DNA of 64,000 nt from Ylistrum balloti (Eukaryota), in NCBI RefSeq assembly GCF_031769215.1, contig NW_026781951.1, forward strand, positions 496,001-560,000, in the 5' to 3' direction. How positions within the stretch are numbered: the first letter of the stretch is position 1; every line of letters starts with the position of its first letter. The notes beneath the pieces were generated by a model, which saw only the letters and a list, made by a program, of their open reading frames with translations, was not told where the DNA came from and ran no database searches. Made by a program: the position numbers and the translations under genes. This document shows, in pieces, positions 39,269 through 53,640 of this stretch.

Positions 39269-41820
39269 ATTGATTAAAACCTTTTTAATTAAAATTTTAG
39301 CATGATTTAATTTACGTCGTAAAACTATAATGTGAAACATTTTAAATTCATATGTTTTATGCTTTAAATCTATTTATATTCTAAATGTTTCTATAACTTT
39401 TCTAATTTATGAAGTGCATCACTTTTAGTAGTCCAACGTAATAGTAGTCTGTTTAAATACTTTATTAGGGTACTTAACTTCAAGTGACCGCCAAGTCATC
39501 CTTCTGTGATGTTTGGTGATAATCCATGCAGAAGTATGCTAAATTCTGCCAACAACTTTCAGAGTTGTACTCAAGAGAAAGAAATACTCTGGTGACGGAA
39601 AAACGTTGAATTTGTTTGACCAAATCACGATGTCCACTACGCCGTCACAAAAATAGTCCACGAGAAAAATTTTCATAACGTCAGCACTCCACTTATGGGG
39701 AAAGCATACATCTATTGATAACGATGTATACAAAAATGCAAGTCTTTGATGTCACCTAGGATTAATTGAATTATGTCCTACTTCCGATCAAACATGAGTT
39801 TTATTCATCCCAAACTAATGCAAGGATGAGGAGTGTACTTGTTTCAGCGATAATTACGTATGATATTATATAATGTAACACTTACGTGGAGATATCCTGA
39901 TTGTTGTTCCCATGGAAATATTATCTAATGATAACACCAACAACAGGCTTCAGAATCAGGAAACAATTTTCTGGCTCAGCCAATCGTGTATAGCGTCATG
40001 AAAAGAGATGTCATTTGTGATTCGCTGAGCAAAAAAAACCTAGTTTTATGATGTCCCTTGACCTTGACTTCGGAAAACCTTACAGAATAGAAAAGCAAAG
40101 ATATTTTGTATTGAAAGACAAAGTAGATATACTTTAATGAATCAAGTTTCGGTACTTCGATTCTTTAAGAGTTTGTAACCAAAATGATATGGGAAAGATG
40201 ATTTTTCTAGCCATGTCAGTCATTCTGTATCGTCCGATGTCCATCTTCATCTTTCTGACAGACTGAGTCTAACATTGGAATTTTATGAAATACTTTGAAT
40301 TGTTACATCTTTAGGAACGTTTGGATTTTTTTTTTCAAATTTAGTATTTTGTATCCTGGTGTAGGGGGGACTCATCTTTGTATAAACAGTGGACCCATTA
40401 TAGGAAATAAGTAAAATCATGCTTTTCCTGCTGGAATTCCAAGATCTGTTAAAAACTTTACAACGAGAATTGTAAATAGAAGTTTCTGGATCTGAAAGAT
40501 GTAATATCTAGGTGAGCGATACACTTTCTTGTTTTCTGGTTTTATTCCTGCCTAAAAAAAAAAAAAAAAACACGAGTAATCTCCCTTACTCCATCACTTG
40601 CCGTGTGGGCTATCGTTAACAAAACTAACAATATAGACTGATGTGAATCTAACGTTTAGCAACACCGAGATAAAGAGCACATAACCAGTCGATGATGCAT
40701 GGTGTGGTAGACTCGACGCTAAGTTGGGACATACTTTTTTTCTCTCAAATGACATTCATTATTTTGTAAAAAAAAAAAAGAAAAAAAAAAAGAGAGAGTT
40801 TCACTACTAAACATGTACCAAAACAGTTCTACGCGATCAGCCTTTTCACTTTTTCTAGAAATAAATGAAAACATTTAGTATTTGGTTTGATATTTACACA
40901 AAATGGGAAGGATGGGGGAGGGAGGAGGGGTTAGGGGGTTATAGTGCTAAAATATATGCCAGTCATATTCACACTGGACGAAATCGTAATAAAGTGTATC
41001 TGATGTGTTCGTTTGGTTAACAAGTGAGCGATTAACAACACTCTCATATATCATCTAACTTGAATATTTCAGTAAAAGATGAAATATTTGGGTCGTAAAG
41101 GAGGTGCAGATTTTTGTTTCTCAAGATACAAAAGTAAACCAAATTAAATTGGATACTTCATTCCCACATCTGTACAATGCTTATATACAATAAATTCCAT
41201 ACACAGGGGGAAATTTCTGTCTTACACTACAAAGATTAAGAAAGAAAAAGATGAATAAAGATGCAAAACCCATAGGTGATCGATAATGGTTTTCTAATAC
41301 TTCGTATAATTGGATAATTTTCATGATCTTACGCCGATTTACACATGAATTCTGACGCTAGCCCCAAGAAGGCGGCCATCTTTGCCGTTGAAGCAGATGA
41401 TTGATGGAAAATTGACAATTGGGAAATTTATTATAACGACATACTTAAATGCGTCATTGAAACATGAAGTAGAGAGTACGCTGATGATAATCTTTGTGAC
41501 ATGCCAAACACTTAAGAATTTGCTGTGTCAAATTACTATATATCTTAGACACAAATAATACGCGATTGCCTTTTGTTTCTAAGGTTAAGTGTATCCCTGA
41601 TATCAATTATAATGAGAGAATGTGTAGTTGTGAAACTAGGACGTGTTAGCGTTATGGAATTCCTGATTATCATCAACTGTTTCGTAATGCTAGAAGGCGA
41701 CTGAGGAAAACCCAAAGTGATGGGAAAATGGCAAAATCTTGACAGGGAGTTGCAGTAGCCCGATAACCTAGAAAAAAGTCGATATCTAATTTATCTGATA
41801 ACTTAAGAACAACTTCAACA

Positions 41821-42075
41821 CATGCATTACAGTATATATGGTATGTATTCTAAACCATACTACCATTAAAACGTGGTATGCTGGTTACAGCAAACCAAGG
41901 GGACATGTATTACAGTATATATGATATGTATTCTAAACCATGCTACCATTAATACATGATCTACCGGTTACAGCAAACCAAGGGGACATGTATTACAGTA
42001 TATATGGTATGTATTCTAAACCATGCTACCATTAATACATGATCTGCCGGTTACAGCAAACATGGACATGTATTA
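41821..42075. repeat. 83-bp tandem repeat, 3 copies
   Basis: CATG(C/T)ATTACAGTATATATG at 41821, 41904 and 41987. Confidence 0.92.
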
Positions 42076-42084
42076 CCCAATTTA

Positions 42085-42735
42085 ATACAAATTTAAAATA
42101 GATCCTTCCTGCCTGAATATTTGACAAATTTGAAAAGCTTTTGTGACAGATGTTTTTAAATCATACAAATTTAGAAATAATACAGGAAGTCGTGGAATAT
42201 AATACAAATTTAGAAATAGATTCATGTAGAGTTGTGGAATATAATACACTTTTAAAATAGATGTGATAAAGCAATTTTACAAAAGAAATAAGATGTGGAA
42301 TAAAGCAAATTTTAAAATTAAGATGTAATAAAGTACTTTTAAAATTAGAAATAAAGCACTTGTAGAGTCGTGGAATATAATACAAATTTAGAAATAGATT
42401 CTGTAGAGTTGTGGAATATAATACAAATTTAGAAATAGATTCTGTAGAGTCGTGGAATATAATACAAATTTAGAAATAGATTCTTAGAGTCGTGGAATAT
42501 AATACAAATTTAGAAATAGATTCTGTAGAGTCGTGGAATATAATTACAAATTTAGAAATAGATTCTGTAGAGTCGTGGAATATAATACAAATTTAGAAAT
42601 AGATTCTGTAGAGTCGTGGAATATAATACAAATTTAGAAATAGATTCTGTAGAGACTACTTGAAATGTAATACAAATTTAGAAATAGATTTTGTAGAGAC
42701 TTGAAATAAAATGCACATTTAGAAATAGATTATGC
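42085..42735. repeat. 41-bp minisatellite (TACAAATTTAGAAATAGATTCTGTAGAGTCGTGGAATATAA); 5' part (~42100-42360) is a mosaic with 43878 onward
   Basis: 41-nt period (42381, 42422). The 5' part contains patches identical to 43878-44140. Confidence 0.9.
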
Positions 42736-43689
42736 AGAGAAATTGAGATCACTTTTATCGCACAACTATTTGAAAGCGGTACGTTTTGTTTTGACTCGCT
42801 GTCGGATTAATGCTAGGTGTGGATATTACCTCATACAACACCTGAACAATAAACTTTATCCACAGAGCATGTGTGTTATACTTTATCCACAGAGCATGTG
42901 TGTTTTGATTTGTTATTTCATATCAAGAGCTAACCTGGTTTTCCTTTTTCTCTCGTCGTTACACCTCATCACCCACCCCACAGATACAGACTGGTACACA
43001 AATGTCTATAAATAGCCTAATCTATGTTTCGGTTTCTCCTAGTGTCGTTTTGAAGGGTAATTTTTTTGTATAGTTTTGTAGTAATAAAGCCAAGTCCAGT
43101 TTCCTTGTATCAGGGTAGTTTGATAAATGTATACATACAGGGATATTTTCTGACGATTACATATTTAGCCAACGGCTAATCTTCCATTTGGTCCTCTTGT
43201 TAGTAAAATACAGTATATATGTGTTTGTTAAAAGTTACATATTGTATAGACATAGTAAACCTGTGGTAAGAAAGCAAAATATCACAGAAAACAATTTGGA
43301 TTGGAATATCACAGGATGCATAAATATCATACATAATATTACATCAATTTAAACAGCTCCAGCCTTATACATATATATAATAGTGTAGCAAAGAAAAAGA
43401 AAAATGACATAAGATAACACCAATAATATAAAAATGTGTGTTTACAATGTTGACACACGATATCCACTAGAGGATAAACACTTAATTATGGGTTAAACGT
43501 TTTATAGGTAAGTCAATATGATAATAATCTGATAAAATATTGAATCGACTTAATACAGTTCTTTAGAGAATTTTAATATGAAATCTGATCATCCATGCTT
43601 AATGAGGTGATTGCTGAGAGCACGTTTAAAGGAGGCAAAACGTGTTGTCGTCCTTATCTCATTCGGCAAATTGTTCCATTTGGCTTGCT

Positions 43690-43990
43690 GCAACTACAAA
43701 ATCATTTCCATATTAGACTTTAAGTTAAACAAACTACATAAATATTCTGGAACAAGATGATGGACACATTTGTATACCATTGAACCTGCCCTGTAACGAT
43801 AACAATCAGCAAAAGGCAACCAGTTTAAAACACAAAACAAATCGCCAGATGGAATGTCATATGGTACATCGAAAATCATCCTTCCTGCCTGCTTTTGAGC
43901 TTTGAAAAGCTTTTGTGACAGATGTTTTTAACATCATCCCCAGACTGTTGAACAATACAGGAAGTGGGGGAAAACGCATGCATTAAAATG
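43690..43990 (-). mobile_element. 3' fragment of an L2/CR1-type LINE ORF2
   Basis: Minus-strand pieces NACVFPHFLYCSTVWG and IFDVPYDIPSGDLFCVLNWLPFADCYRYRAGSMVYKCVHHLVPEYLCSLF match the post-RT C-terminus of CR1/L2-like ORF2. Confidence 0.75.
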
Positions 43991-44297
43991 TGATAAATCA
44001 CTTTTAAAATTAAGATGTGATAAAGCACTTTTAAAATTAAGGTGTGATAAAGCACTTTTAAAATTAAGATGTGATAAAGCACTTTTAAAATTAAGATGTG
44101 ATAAAGCACTTTTAAAATTAAGATGTGATAAAGCACTTTTAAAATTAAGATGATAAAGCACTTTTAAAATTAAGATGTTAAAGTACTTTTAAAATTAAAT
44201 GTGATAAAGCACTTTTAAAATTAAGATGTGATAAAGCACTTTTAAAATTAAGATGTAATAAAGTACTTTTAAAATTAAGATGTGATAAAGTACTTTT
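43988..44297. repeat. 27-bp minisatellite (GTGATAAAGCACTTTTAAAATTAAGAT), ~11 copies, abutting the LINE fragment
   Basis: 27-nt period (9-aa period in overlapping ORFs). Confidence 0.93.
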
Positions 44298-45060
44298 ATA
44301 GATAGGTATTGTTTATGGTATTCATACTCCTAAAATAAAGAAAATCTGCAAAAACATATTTCATTCTATCACTGAAATATGAGAGATAGGATAGAAATAT
44401 CATCGAAATAATAAAAAAAAACTAAAAACAAAAAGATAATTTTTAAGCCTTATTAGCACGTGACTGGCGGTTTTCCCCACTTTCGTTTCGTAATAGCGAT
44501 GTACACATGCAATAAGCGAAACTAATACAACGACGCAAAAACAACCTGGCTGGCTCATGGGATATTGTCGAACTATTGAGAAAAACTACCTCTGATACAA
44601 ATCTTCAGGTTTTGATTTATATTGATGGAGTTATTTCGAAGTTATTTGATGGTTTTAGCAATTACGCAGGTGTAACGCATGAAAAAAAAAACAAAACTTT
44701 TTTGGGGTTTTCATATCCATATCTGTTTAAATAAAACGAAAACTTCAATACCATTGGATGATCTTGGATATGATAATTAGAAAAACAGAGAACTAACTAA
44801 TCAATGTCAGCTATGTTGATAAGTGAGAAACGACAGCAAGTCAATATTGTAATTTCCCAAACTTTGCTTACACACAATATACAATATCTGTGTTTGAGGA
44901 ATATTTTATATATGTTATCTGTGTTATAGGAAACTTTTGTGATTCTGGTGAATTATTGCTAGATCATGAGATCAAATTTAAATATTGATAAAACAAATGC
45001 AATTCTTTATCAGATTTCAAATTTGAACATGTATGTACAGTTATTGTGTGGCAGAGTACC

Positions 45061-45747
45061 TCATTGCAGAAGAGCTTTCAGAAGCATATCTCTTTCATTT
45101 TCTAGTTCTTGTACAATCTGGCGTATCCTCGAGGCTACCACGTTTGTTGATCCGTTATAAGTCTCGACTGATGTTTCGACAAGAATTATGATATCTAAGG
45201 GTAGAATCAAGACGTTGAGTAAAATTCCAGCGCGTGCTAATCTTTTGGCGAAATTCTCCGTGAAAAGGTTTATTGGCCCCATGCGAACTCCATTTGTCAC
45301 AGCATAATCAGTGAACACTTTTACGGCAGTGTTCCCTGTCGACTGTCTTCCATACTGATCCCTTAATTCCTGTTCACGGGAAATCCTTTCGTTAATCAAC
45401 ACAGATTGACTCAAATCTCTCTCTAGTGCACTTTGAACTTTTTGAAGTAAATGTTTTTCGTGAAAATATTTCCCAATACTTGCTCCTCCTGAAGTCACTG
45501 CACTTCCAACACTAGTGCCCGCAAGGGCAAGTCCAAGGCCAGTGCTAAGACCACAGGTGACACCTGACATCGCAAAACAGGCTATAGCACCAACACCAGA
45601 CACTATAGACCCTGTCGTTGAAACTATTTTGGAATAGTTAAACCATTTCTGCATGGTGTCAAGTTCATCTGATAGCTCTCCAAGTCTGCGTATACTGTCG
45701 TCTCTCGCATGTAGCCACATTTCAAATTGTCTGATATTGTCGGACAT
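45061..45747 (-). CDS. Apolipoprotein L-like protein, single coding exon, 228 aa
   Basis: LGELSDELDTMQKWFNYSKIVSTTGSIVSGVGAI...GLSTGLGLALAGTSVG (APOL hydrophobic hairpin pattern). C-terminal AGILLNVLILPLDIIILV...IRQIVQELENER. Acceptor tttacag 32 nt upstream of the ATG. Confidence 0.8.
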   Translation of the reverse strand: MSDNIRQFEMWLHARDDSIRRLGELSDELDTMQKWFNYSKIVSTTGSIVSGVGAIACFAMSGVTCGLSTGLGLALAGTSVGSAVTSGGASIGKYFHEKHLLQKVQSALERDLSQSVLINERISREQELRDQYGRQSTGNTAVKVFTDYAVTNGVRMGPINLFTENFAKRLARAGILLNVLILPLDIIILVETSVETYNGSTNVVASRIRQIVQELENERDMLLKALLQ

Positions 45748-46819
45748 TTTTACTTGATGTGGAACTTCAGCCTGTTGTGCTGTAAACAGTCAAGTGAATA
45801 TCTATCTCTGTAAATACTTGTAACGTAGTTATGCAACATTTGCGTTTCGGTTTTCCCCAGAATACATCAGTTTTCCGTACCAAGTTCTATTTTTAGGCAT
45901 GATCGACATGAGTCATACTTACAGTGGACTCAAAAATAGATGCATGTTTCTATTCACAGGGAGATGCCAACACCTCTAGTATAACCCACAAAGATTCAAT
46001 TGCAAGTAAACGCATGTCAGAATATCCCATGTTCAAATTGTAACATAAGGAAAAATGTTTATACTTAACAGAAAATTAAATCAAATCATTAATATTCATA
46101 TGACATGTTATTTGTGATATCTCAATTTAGTAAACAAGTGAATAACTGTGTAAACCCATGTTACGTGGTTATGCAACATGTGCATTTGGGTTTTCACAAG
46201 AATACATCGATTTGTGATATTGCAATTTAGTTCATTGTTTATACCCTTCCGAACCCAAGAAAAAAGGTGATAAAAAAGAACAATTGCCTATATTTAGAAT
46301 TTTACTAGTAAAACAGATAAAATCAAAACTATAGTGTGGATAACCTAGGATACTATGCAGAAATGAAGGAAAATGAAAACGAAAGTTCAAAGGTAGAATT
46401 AATATGGATTTGATGATGATTATTGAAGGTGAACATATATATATATATCTGTTGGAAAGTTTGGTACAAATTGAGTTATGAAGAAAAAAACCAGGAACTT
46501 GAGGAAAGGTCACTTTAAATGAACAATATTTGGTTTAACAAACTATGCATGCAAATCCATTGTATAAAAATCATCGCATTTATCATGAAGTTTTCCTTTA
46601 ATACCTTTGATGAACTTCCAGAAAAATATCAACTTATACAAATTTTCTGAAAGTTCATGTATTATTATGCGATTCGCTAATCTCTTCCAGAACCTTTTAC
46701 CAACAAATTTGACACTAGTTATTCGTCCATTCTTACCTCCAAATATAAAGATCTTTTTAAAAATACTTGTTGATTCATTTATGTCATAGCTACTGGTAGA
46801 GGAAAATGGCACGAGCAGT

Positions 46820-47270
46820 TCTTGCCTGATGACAGAAAATGGAATAAAATTTATACAATACCATATAAAGTCACAAAAATACTAAATTTTAATGGCTTCA
46901 ATATCAAATGTCACACCGTATTCTTACCACAAATTCTAAACTATTTCCAGTAATAAAAACATAATAAGGGAGTTTACGAAAGTACAAAATCTACTACAAT
47001 GTCTAAAAACACTTATAGACGTCCTTTATATACCATTTTCAATTCAAAATCAATTCGGGTTTACTAATGACAGAAATCTTTTAATATGTTTTTCATTAAA
47101 TAATATATCTATAGAAACAGATGTCTTACTAAGTCTGTAAATGTTAACGCTTTAGTCAACAATAGCAGAGATTACTATAACTTACAGAGGTATATAACAG
47201 TAAGCAAACATTTCTTTTGAAAGAACAAAGCTAGAAATACCTGAATTAAATGGAAAAACCTTATTCAACT
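46820..47270 (+). mobile_element. 3' fragment of an L1/Tx1-type LINE ORF2, degenerate
   Basis: Frameshifted pieces DDRKWNKIYTIPYKVTK, WLQYQMSHRILTTNSKLF and IK*YIYRNRCLTK...YYNLQRYI resemble the L1/Tx1 C-terminal region. Confidence 0.6.
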
Positions 47271-49464
47271 TGATATCTAAACATTTTTACCTGGTTGTCA
47301 TTGTCATTGTTCAATTTAAACAGCAAATAAAACAGCCCATCCACTTATATTGAATATATGTTTATTTTACGTAAGCATGCATGTGTATGGGTATCGTTCA
47401 GTACATGCCAATTCTAAAGGGTGTGGTGTGTTTATATGTAAACCACTACACAGATATAAATCACTGCTGAATTGATTCGCTTTGTGTAATAAAATGTGAA
47501 CTTAAAATAAAATATGTAGTGTAAATCTAGTACCAACATTTGAGTAAGACTTTAACTTTCAATCTAAATGTAATAAATTATAGTAAAAGTTGCATTTGCT
47601 ATCATCATGCAACACTGCATCAGTTTACATTATAACGACTATCTAAGCTTTTATGTTACTCCGAATTCCATTTTAATGACGAAGTGAAATGAGTTTCACA
47701 CCATTCACTATGTTGTCCAAATTACAGAATCAATTCGAGGGATTTGACATAGGCTATGTGTCATTATGAAATTGAATTATGTTAATGGTAGATTGCGGTG
47801 TATATGTGTCTCAAAGCACTCTGTTCCTCTTCTATGTTTTAGGAACTCATTCGACCAATGGTTATTGATTGTCCAATTCCCTCCAATCAGAAAACATTGA
47901 AAAATGAGTAGAATATTGAGTACAATCAGAGCTAGAAATTAGTATCCAATATATCAAGGTACAACAGGATGATCTTTTTCGAAAATGAAAAGAGTGTCGA
48001 ATAGAATCATAGCTAGAAAATAGCATGATATAAATCAAGGTGTAACATGATTTTCTTCACACCTAAAGATTATACATAGTTTTAATATTAGTTTGGAAGT
48101 ACAATACTGCGAGATAGACACACGAGGAATGGTACAAAATATACACAAGGGGATAACACTTTTCAATATAAATACAGAATAAGATGTTATAATAGCAACG
48201 TTATTAAATCGCAATTAAACTGCATCATACGCATGCCCCTCTAGAACGCGACTGTGATAGCGCATGCCTGAATCATAAAAGTACATGTGTATATCTTTAA
48301 CTGTGCTGCTATTCCAGTGAATCAAGACATGACATGCAGGTTACGACGAATCGTATAGACTAAAGTCCACTGGTGGTACCTTCCACGTGCAATATCAAAT
48401 AATCTCGCTAAAAAGTGAGCTTAGTTTCCTTGTTAATTTACAAATGGCTCTTGCAAAGAGCCATTCAGAAATGACGTGTGAAGTACTTAATGACATGGTA
48501 ACATGCCAACATTTTCATTGAATTAAAGCAATTATATTATCTGGATTAAACTTTTTTCTTATCATTAAAAATCACAAGCAGATAAAGTATCAGATTCACT
48601 GATATTCATTCAAAATAGACGGTTTTAATCATAAATGCCATACAAAGTAACAGCTCGAAGGAGGCTATATATATATTATCGTAGCGGGTTTAAAATGTGG
48701 AATGACTGCTATTTATGTTCGACTTTAACTACGTAAAATCACAACATTTGTTACGAATGAACATGCCATCAACAAGCCAAGTACCTTTTTGTGCTACCTC
48801 GACATTGACTGTCATTATAAGTCACCAGATCATTATAAATACTTGAAAAGTAAACATTAAAACATGTATATAGCTTTATGTGTACATAAGCAGACATTTT
48901 ACATTAAATTGAGTTTAAAACCCGTGAAATATGTCGGGGAATTATTTCGTACAAGTTTGAAGTACTGCTACTGAAAAAGTTAGTATTTTCTATTATGTTT
49001 ATATATGTATATTGAACAGATAAAAGTTTCGCATCTTTCAACTACTGTTGTAAATAACCTGATTTATTAAAGACTAGAATATAACTTGAAAATTGACTAT
49101 TCATTCATTTTCGTTCTTATCTAGTTTTTTGTTCAGTTCAGTCTTGTTTTCATAACTTTAACCAATTACATCAACGTTTTTAGAATGAAGAAATTGTGTG
49201 CAGGAACTAAACAAATATCTGCATAATGTTTGTGATGGATGATATCATTTCCTGACGTTTTGTTATATGAAAAGAATATCGTTTATTATTATGGTATCTT
49301 TACATTTTTCGTCATGTTGTGGAATGATATTATGCATGATAACGGACATTATAGGTAGCTCTGACACCATAGTAAACTGTTGTTTTAGTTTAAGTTACAG
49401 CATTAACGTAACACCATCTACCCAAAGCCATGTTTCGTCAGCAAATGAATTAGAATTCGATTAT

Positions 49465-49608
49465 NNNNNNNNNNNNNNNNNNNNNNNNNNNNNNNNNNNN
49501 NNNNNNNNNNNNNNNNNNNNNNNNNNNNNNNNNNNNNNNNNNNNNNNNNNNNNNNNNNNNNNNNNNNNNNNNNNNNNNNNNNNNNNNNNNNNNNNNNNNN
49601 NNNNNNNN
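49465..49608. other. Assembly gap (144 N)
   Basis: Run of N. Confidence 1.
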
Positions 49609-52600
49609 TAATTATGCATGTTTTATTTGGTCTGATTTAGATAATCCTGTGATCACCGTATAATTAAAGGACACGTGATTTGAGGACACGTGTCTTAAAT
49701 TTACAACCCACTTTGTAACATTATACTTTACTTGTATAAAACCTGGTACCACAGAGAGCGTCGAGACTATAAAGGAATTGCGGTATATATAGTGACATAC
49801 AATTACTTCTGAGTTCGCTCCTACATTTTGACTGAAGTAATTGTGACCGGTCCTAGTTCAACCAAACGAATTCTTTTTGTAGTCATTGTAATCTTATAAC
49901 AGATATTGTCGCCTCCTTTTCTTGTGAAGTTGCAAGTAAACCATGCGTTGTGATCCACAACATGACTAATATTATTGTTATTATATATTTTGGAGATTTT
50001 AGCTCTCATATCGTTTACATTGATTACAACTGGAGTGTATTGGACAACACCGTCAAACTCTATTTTTTGGATCTGCGCGTTTTCAATTTTAATCTATTGA
50101 AGTATGTATTCATTAGCTCTTAAATGATACTTTAAATGATATATAACATAAGGGCATCGGAATTTGATAATATTGACAAGAAGAAAATAACCAATGACTC
50201 TACAATACACCCCTAATGTCATAAAAGTAATTCACCTACCAATGATTGTGCCGCTTGAAATGCGACTTAACAGATTATATTGAACTTTGAAGTCTGCGTC
50301 ATGTGGATAATTTAGCACAATAGTATAAAAGAAACAAGTAATACACTAGTAGAGGTTCATATATGCATACAGGTTGTAAGATATCAATTCAAACTTGGAA
50401 GTTTGAGTACTTGACAATTGGCTTTACGGGATATTTATGCATTAACTAACGTTATTTACGATAATTAAACACTTACAATCTTATATTACCGGCATATCTA
50501 GTACATTGCAGCCTATATCAGTCGTTATTTCTGTAATAACGTGATTTTCATCACGTGAACAACATATACAGATAAACGATATCGAACGTACCAAGGTTAT
50601 AGATCCAGTTTAAGACACCAGTAATTAGACTAGATCGTGCCCATTACACGTCAGAAGTGTACATTTTTAAACATTGGATCAATGATCACGGGTTATGTAT
50701 ATATTAGACTAGCACTCGAGTCTCTGCAAACTAAGGTCATTTTTAGAGACTATATCAATACAACCGTCTATTTATAAACCCGTTCTACACGATCTCGCTT
50801 TTTGAAATCATCAGAGCAAAGCGAGTGGAGGTGCACCGTAGGTATATATGTGTAGGGTAGTTTATACATTTGTCAGGTAAATACAGGATAATCAGCTTTA
50901 TCGCTTCTTTAGTGAAAAATAGACTCTCCTTTTTAACTTAAAAATTATTCAAAATAATACTTTTTATCTCTGTTGCAGTTAATGCCATTCAAATGAAGTA
51001 GGTCATGGGTAGAACTCCCTTTATGTTCCCCATCGCTCATTCACATTCAGAATCTGACTGGCATATCCGCGTGTGTATTACTTTTGTAACCCGGTACAAT
51101 GAATATACATTGCTCAGAGAACACATATAATGACACAAGCGTATTTAGTCTTCAGCAATACCCGACCAGTGAAGCCTGGGCATTGTACAAGATGGCGTAA
51201 TTAAGAAAGACAATGGACCGATCTAAATAGCACCATCTTTTATACTATCAGCGACGTTTCTTGAATGGACGAAATGTAATTTCGCGATTCTCTTGAACCC
51301 GTAGAATGTTAAAAATGGTGATTTTGACCAATGCGGAAGTATTGTTTTCAATCCCCAGACTGGAGACGTCTATAAATCTTCAAGGTAAGAATAAATTACT
51401 GGTGATTTTCATATATATCATCATTGAAACATACCTGTGTATTCATAGATACCTGTTACAACTGTCAGTACACATACCATTTGTATATAGTTCAGTTACA
51501 ATGCCTGAAATATCGAATATTGGAAATTGTCATATTGTTCACCTTGTTTGATGATACGACTTGCATGAGTTGATTACAATGAGAAACACTTACTGACATT
51601 ATACTACATACTACAAACGTGGCGTGTAATGGGACATTCAAAAAATACATTACATTCAGTTTTATCTATAGAAAGACTATACATTTGATATGATTGAGGA
51701 GTCAGGGGATTTTACATTTACAACAGTCTAGTTTCTTGTGCTAATGGTAGGTACATGCATATCTTGATTGGATTTATTAATGCCAAGTTAATGCTAAAAT
51801 TGTCAAATCAGTTTAAGTTCAGCAATGACAGAGATGGTACAAAAGACACATAAGTGAATATCACTTTTCAGTATAAATTATAACTTACATACAGTAGAGC
51901 CAGTTATGAATAAACTGCATGTGTATGTTTTGTAATCTAGGACTCGTCAGTACAAAAGGATGTTGTTTTTACACCTTTTCTGTCAACAAACTAGACATAA
52001 ATAATATAAAATTATCTATGTTTATATATAAACTTTACAACTTTCGTTATTCATTGTCATCAGGACTAACAGCGAGTATAATTCTGAGTCAATAGTAAAT
52101 ATAGAGGATGGGTTGAGTCCAAAACAAACTGTTAAGCACTACAGTGCTTTCTTACAATTGAATATCATATGATAAATGAAAACGATTTGAAAGTATCAGA
52201 AAACACGGTGGATGATGTACATTTCTGTTCATTTTAGAAAGCATTTTTACATTGTAAACAAAAGCCATTATTGTGTAAGGATCTGTAGTGATGTCTGTTT
52301 ATTGAACAGTTCGAACAACAGACAAATGTTTTCTATAACGATTTATGACGCTGCGCAGTATTGTCATATAGATACGTTTAAATATCTACATCATTAATTA
52401 TTAGGCATCATTAACAACAAATCACACATGTATGATGATCTGACCCTGTGTGTTGTATGGTCCTGATGAAGCTAGAAATAAGTCATATTTATAGTTTGAA
52501 TGGGATCAAGAATCCATTACCTGCTTACATTCCTTAGTTCTTTAACCAAATTATTTATCTTGTTTTAGACAATATTTAAAAAACAAATAAATCAATCAAT

Positions 52601-53640
52601 CCTAATTCCGTTTAAGTCCGTAATTAATTATTTGAATACCTTAATCGTTGTTGTTTGTACATACATTAGATCCTTATGTTCGGAATGGATTTTGATAGCA
52701 CTCTATCCAAGTGTTATTGACATGCTAATCAACAAACAGCTGATTCTGAAAACAAATCTCAAATGTAATATCTTTTGTTTTATAATACTAATCCAAAGTT
52801 GGTATGATGATACAATAAGATAGATAATTTCCAATAAGTTTTCTGAACAAATAAATGTTTTATGTCAATTGTCAAGGACAAACTAATAATATACATATTG
52901 CTGTATGGAAAATGTAGCATAATGCACACAAAATTGCAAGCACAAAACCTATTAGCAATATTATGTGAATTTTATGTAAATTTTAAATATTTTCATCCCT
53001 AGAATACTTGTTTTTAAACTTTAATACAAATTCTATAAAAGAAATAAATAACAATTCTGCTTTAGCAACCGCGTACAAGAATTCCTAAATGTGGCATACA
53101 AGAAAAATGAATAGATTAAGAAATATTAGATATAATGTGGAAGTATATAGACACCTTAAAAAACATGAAAGAAGTATATATGGTCAGATTATATGCCATG
53201 AATTAAAAAAGGTGGACTAACTCTAAACCGTAGATTTAAATAGATATGCTCGAATGACTGGAAAAAGTTAATCCTGCCACATAACATGAACACGAGACAC
53301 AATCTTAAAAAAATTATATGACCTATTGAGACTTAAACATTTACATAACTTAAGCATCAGTCTTCACTAAACCGAAACGAGTGAACTTTTTGTACCAATA
53401 TATATATTTACTAATATATATGATAATTTTAACCTTGATATTATAAACTATGAGAGAGAAAGAGATGAGGGGGTTACATATTTAAACTAGGCAGCACGAA
53501 ACTATGTCAATTTTGAAATATTTGCAAATATCCAACAGCGGTTCCGTAATCAATGTTTAAATCAATTTGGATTTAGAACAAAATACATAATGGCAATTCC
53601 GAGTACGCACACGGAGTAGGTTTAGCTTATTATGTAGGTT

